From Calditrichaceae bacterium (GTDB lineage: Bacteria; Calditrichota; Calditrichia; Calditrichales; JBFXGD01): a stretch of 10,477 nt of DNA. A program made the position numbers and the translations under genes. The notes beneath the pieces are model-generated. The model was not told where the DNA came from and did no database searches. It saw only the letters and a program-made list of their open reading frames with translations. Location: NCBI GenBank assembly GCA_050178385.1, contig JBFXGD010000124.1:1-10477 (forward strand). Reading direction: 5' to 3'. Positions 8,001-10,477 of the stretch are shown here, in pieces; the first letter of the stretch is position 1; each line of letters opens with the position of its first letter.

Positions 8001-10477
8001 TCTCTTGACAGGCTGCCGCTCACACCCAACGGGAAAGTTGACCGTCGCGCCCTGCCAAATCCCGATCAGAACCAGATTCTGGAACAGCTTACAGCGGAAT
8101 ATCTTGAGCCAAAAACTGACACAGAGATAGAGATTGCAGGGATTGTCGGTGATCTCCTGAATATTGACAAGGTAGGCTCTCAGCATAATTTCTTTGATCT
8201 CGGAGGACATTCACTCCTCGCTACACAGCTTGTCTCCAGGATTAAAAAAACATTCAATATTGAATTTCCACTGAGGAAAGTTTTTGAATTTCCCGCTGTC
8301 TCCGGACTTGCTCTCTGTGTCGATGAAGCGCTACTGGCCGGTGAGAAGATTATTGTCCCTCCCATCCTGCCGATGCCCCGAGACCGTGATTTCCCGCTCT
8401 CCTTTGCCCAGCAGCGTCTATGGTTTCTGGATCAGCTTGAACCCGAAAGTCCATTTTACAACATCCCGGAGATTTACAGGATTAAAGGCGATCTGAATAT
8501 CAATGTTTTTGAAGAAGGTTTTAATGAAATTATCCGCCGCCATGAATCGCTGAGAACGGTATTTTTGACTCTGAATGGCTCACCGGTACAAAAAATTTTC
8601 GATGAATACCGGATTTCTATAAAGGTCACTGATTTAAAACATTTGAAATCCGCTGAAAAAGAGAATGAAATACAGCGAATCTCCCGGGAAAAATCGCTTG
8701 AGCCTATTTCCCTAAATACACTGCCCCTTTTTCATATTGAATTATTAAAAATTGGTAATCACGATTACGCGGTGATCATGGTGATTCATCACATCATATC
8801 AGATAACTGGTCGTCACAGGTGATGATGCGTGAATTATCCGTCATATATGATGCCTTTTTACACAAACGGCCATCCCCTCTGGCCCATGTGAAGCTTCAG
8901 TATGCCGATTTTGCTTTCTGGCAGCGCAGCTGGCTCAAGGGAGATGTGCTTGACAAACAGTTGAAATACTGGAGAAATCAGCTTGACGGAATACCTCCCG
9001 TTCTTGAGCTGCCGACAGACCGGCCTCGATCCGCGATGCAGACATTTAAGGGGGCATATCTGCCGTTCAGCATTGATAAAAATCTCGCGGATCGCATTAA
9101 AAAACTTTCCCATGAAGAAAATGCCACCTTATTCATGGTATTACTCGCTGCTTTCCAGACCCTGCTTTACCGTTATACCAATGAAGAAATTATATCTGTC
9201 GGTACCCCCATCGCCAACCGGAACCGTCCTGAAATCGAAGGAATTGTCGGCTTTTTTGTCAATACGCTTGTAATGCGCGCGAATATATCCGGGAAGATTT
9301 CTTACAGACAGCTTATTCAAAACGTCAGAGAAACGGCATTAGGCGCTTATGCCCACCAGGATGTGCCGTTCGAAAAGATTGTTGACGCTGTTCAGCCGGA
9401 ACGAAATACAAGTCATTCTCCCCTTTTCCAGGTCATGTTTGTCATTCTAAATCTCCCGGAAAAATCAGAAAACGGGTCTTCTGACCTTGTAATCAGTCCG
9501 ATTGAGGCGCACAGCGGCACATCAAAGTTTGACATCACCATGTTTATGACAGAAGAAAAGGATCAAATCAGCGGCGCTTTGGAGTATAACACCGATTTAT
9601 TTGAAAAATCGACGATTTCGGTCATGCTGGATCATTTTCAAAACTTGCTAAATGGTATGGTAACCAATCCTAATGAGCAGGTCGGCCGGATCAATATGAT
9701 TTCGGAACACGAATATGATCAGTTAATCTCCGGATGGAACGGCAGAAAAAAGCCGCTTAAAATAGATTTACCTGTTCATCAAATTTTTTCCGGACAGGTT
9801 AGAAAAACACCTGATCAGATTGCCCTTGAACTCGGTGAACAGGAGAAGCTCACTTACAGTCAACTTCATGAAGAGAGTAACCGTCTCGCCCATTATCTGA
9901 TATCCCTCGGGGTTGGTCCCGATGTTCCCGTTGGCTTATGCATGAAGCGTTCTACAGATCTGATAGTGTCTGTTCTTGGTGTGCTTAAAGCAGGCGGCGC
10001 TTATGTTCCCATAGATCCGGCTTATCCGGATGACCGTCTGGCATTTATAATTGAAGATTCCGGTATATCTATTCTGCTGACTCACAGCGCGCTGGTTCCC
10101 ATGTTCTCAAGTCAAACTGCAAAAATAGCTTGTCTTGATTCTGAGCAAGAATTGATATCGTCACAGGACATATCTGAACCGGACATAAAGGTAGATCCTG
10201 ACCACCTGGCATATTTGATCTATACTTCCGGTTCAACAGGCAAACCCAAAGGCACTTTGATTACCCATCGCGGGCTGACCAATTATCTAAACTGGTGTAT
10301 TGAGGCTTATCCGTTAACGGATGGACGGGGATCACTCGTGCACTCAACCCTGGCTTTCGATGCCACAGTCACCGCGGTATTCACACCGCTGTTGACAGGA
10401 AAGACTATAACGCTTCTCCCCGACGATTCTGATCTTGAAGACCTGTCGCGAGCGCTGATCGCCTACAAAGACTTTAG
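5100..10477 (+). CDS. Multimodular NRPS, 3'-partial (>=1792 aa), visible domains C-A-T-C-A(partial)
   Basis: ATG at 5100 directly follows an in-frame TAG (5097-5099) and has an upstream AAGGGA. Hand translation gives MDETILQKPEVLTAGQADMNGDEVYVFPASFGQQRLWFLDQFEPG... with no stop to the window end. Motifs: HHIISDG 5574-5594, YTSGSTGKSKG ~7002-7034, YRTGDV, NGKVDRRALP from 8028, GGHSL (Ser 8211), HHIISDN 8787-8807, YTSGSTGKPKG ~10221-10253, FDATV ~10356-10370. Confidence 0.96.
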   Translation, partial: MDETILQKPEVLTAGQADMNGDEVYVFPASFGQQRLWFLDQFEPGSPYYNIPMAFRLKGSVDLKILKKVIDVIVLRHESLRTTFTAVDGQPMQVISPRMAISMPVIDLDKTDNDEHENRILSLATEEARRPFNLEKGPLIRITVIKKSDLEIIVLLTLHHIISDGWSMGILVSEITTLYEAFSGKKPSPLPELPIQYADYASWQKEYMQGDLLQRQLDYWKKHLGSNPPVLEMPTDRSRPPVITNEGSSASITISSNTLEKIHRLNRREGATMFMTLLSAFNALLYRYSGQTDICVGTPIANRTRGEVEGVIGLFINTLVLRTNFDDLPTFREFIGRTKASTLDAYENQDLPFEYLVDALQPERDMRISPLFQVMFILQNTPVSLQPVGELTLEMLSVDMGTSTFDLTFSIAESEAGLNVAAEFNTDIYDKSTIERMLTHYRNLLIAVSDKPDISIANIPILESGEKNRILVEWNATETEHEQFTGIHQIFERRVKESPDSTAVVFRDKSISYDELNKKANRLAHYLKKKHIGPDTPVAILMERSCELLIAMFGVLKAGAAYLPLDPAYPGDRLEYMLDDANVPLLICDDHLKNILPDYRGEIFVPEAAENILADEPVSNPEYNAGPENLVYLIYTSGSTGKSKGVMVSHANLINAYLAWENAYELRNRVRNHLQMASFSFDVFAGDWTRALCSGGKLVLTPREILLEAPILYDLMIKENIDTAEFVPAVLRNLVDFLEEHDKDLNFLRNLIAGSDIWYVEEYRRFNRVAGPETRLINSFGLTEATIDSSYFETKELDLPGDRLVPIGRPFANMTLYIFDNHFEPVPVGVRGEIFVGGKGVVRGYLNRPDLTADRFMPHPYGMPGERIYRTGDVGRYLPDGNIEFLGRSDNQVKIRGFRVELGEIETALQDHESVKTAAVSLREDKNGDKRLIAYYVAVSDDTISSAALKEFLADRLPDYMIPAAYISLDRLPLTPNGKVDRRALPNPDQNQILEQLTAEYLEPKTDTEIEIAGIVGDLLNIDKVGSQHNFFDLGGHSLLATQLVSRIKKTFNIEFPLRKVFEFPAVSGLALCVDEALLAGEKIIVPPILPMPRDRDFPLSFAQQRLWFLDQLEPESPFYNIPEIYRIKGDLNINVFEEGFNEIIRRHESLRTVFLTLNGSPVQKIFDEYRISIKVTDLKHLKSAEKENEIQRISREKSLEPISLNTLPLFHIELLKIGNHDYAVIMVIHHIISDNWSSQVMMRELSVIYDAFLHKRPSPLAHVKLQYADFAFWQRSWLKGDVLDKQLKYWRNQLDGIPPVLELPTDRPRSAMQTFKGAYLPFSIDKNLADRIKKLSHEENATLFMVLLAAFQTLLYRYTNEEIISVGTPIANRNRPEIEGIVGFFVNTLVMRANISGKISYRQLIQNVRETALGAYAHQDVPFEKIVDAVQPERNTSHSPLFQVMFVILNLPEKSENGSSDLVISPIEAHSGTSKFDITMFMTEEKDQISGALEYNTDLFEKSTISVMLDHFQNLLNGMVTNPNEQVGRINMISEHEYDQLISGWNGRKKPLKIDLPVHQIFSGQVRKTPDQIALELGEQEKLTYSQLHEESNRLAHYLISLGVGPDVPVGLCMKRSTDLIVSVLGVLKAGGAYVPIDPAYPDDRLAFIIEDSGISILLTHSALVPMFSSQTAKIACLDSEQELISSQDISEPDIKVDPDHLAYLIYTSGSTGKPKGTLITHRGLTNYLNWCIEAYPLTDGRGSLVHSTLAFDATVTAVFTPLLTGKTITLLPDDSDLEDLSRALIAYKDF
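5178..6524 (+). other. N-terminal condensation domain of gene 2, LCL-like elongation type; boundaries approximate
   Basis: FPASFGQQRLWFLDQFEPG, RHESLRT, HHIISDGWS (5574), QYADYASWQ, EMPTDRSRP, IGLFINTLV, QDLPFE, WN at 6519. Confidence 0.92.
6558..8063 (+). other. Adenylation domain A3 (gene 2); code DVGEIGSIDK, predicted Orn (Lys/Dab possible); boundaries approximate
   Basis: FDVFAGD (7140), TAEFVPA, LIAGSD, INSFGLTEATID (to 7463), NGK (8028-8036). This matches the ornithine code of the gramicidin S/tyrocidine synthetase Orn modules as I recall it. Confidence 0.87.
8100..8330 (+). other. Thiolation (PCP) domain T3; boundaries approximate
   Basis: NFFDLGGHSLLATQ (Ser 8211-8213) and LRKVFEFP. 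Confidence 0.93.
8394..9740 (+). other. Condensation domain, LCL-like, with variant HHIISDN active-site motif; boundaries approximate
   Basis: PLSFAQQRLWFLDQLEPE, RHESLRT, HHIISDNWS (8787), QYADFAFWQ, ELPTDRPR, VGFFVNTLV, HQDVPFEKIV, WN at 9735. Confidence 0.9.
9774..10477 (+). other. Adenylation domain A4 (N-terminal part only), Asn/Asp-type
   Basis: LTYSQL, LKAGGAYVPIDP, LAYLIYTSGSTGKPKG, HRGLTNYLNW, HSTLAFDATVTAVFTPLLTG. Code positions 235/236/239 are D-A-T; the rest lies beyond the window. Confidence 0.8.

Noticed and set aside
1827..8445. Short nucleotide repeats at C-domain starts (tttgcccagcagcg) as a repeat array or CRISPR
   Set aside because: They are spaced by whole modules and explained by the conserved FAQQRLWFL protein motif.
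542..9273. The 60-104 aa alternative-frame and antisense ORFs in the track, including two sharing TDASKLRDENC
   Set aside because: All lie wholly within the NRPS genes and have no recognisable motifs. The shared peptide is the antisense shadow of the duplicated QFSSLSFDASV codons.
3..10477. Assigning a known gene symbol (grs, tyc, bac, pmx)
   Set aside because: Only the pocket codes resemble those systems. Module order, the absence of E domains and the C-domain style do not match.

Overview
The window is the interior of a large non-ribosomal peptide synthetase (NRPS) assembly line. Two co-directional + strand genes in the same frame are separated by 60 nt. Gene 1 (<3..5039) is truncated at its 5' end and encodes A-T-C-A-T. 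Gene 2 (5100..>10477) is absent from the ORF track because it has no stop codon in the window; by hand translation it is open for at least 1792 codons and encodes C-A-T-C-A(partial). All three C domains look LCL-type, all three T domains carry GGHSL, and no E, MT, TE, PKS or tailoring domain is visible. Specificity codes extracted by hand against GrsA-PheA are DAATVVGVGK (not recognised, aromatic-type scaffold), DAWTIAAVCK (Phe), DVGEIGSIDK (Orn) and a partial DAT... (probably Asn/Asp). This predicts an all-L ...X-Phe-Orn-Asx... segment that I cannot assign to a known compound. The most notable points are the unrecognised A1 pocket, a basic-tail/acidic-head putative docking pair at the gene junction, and an HHIISDN condensation motif. 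I found no RNA genes, mobile elements or CRISPR arrays.
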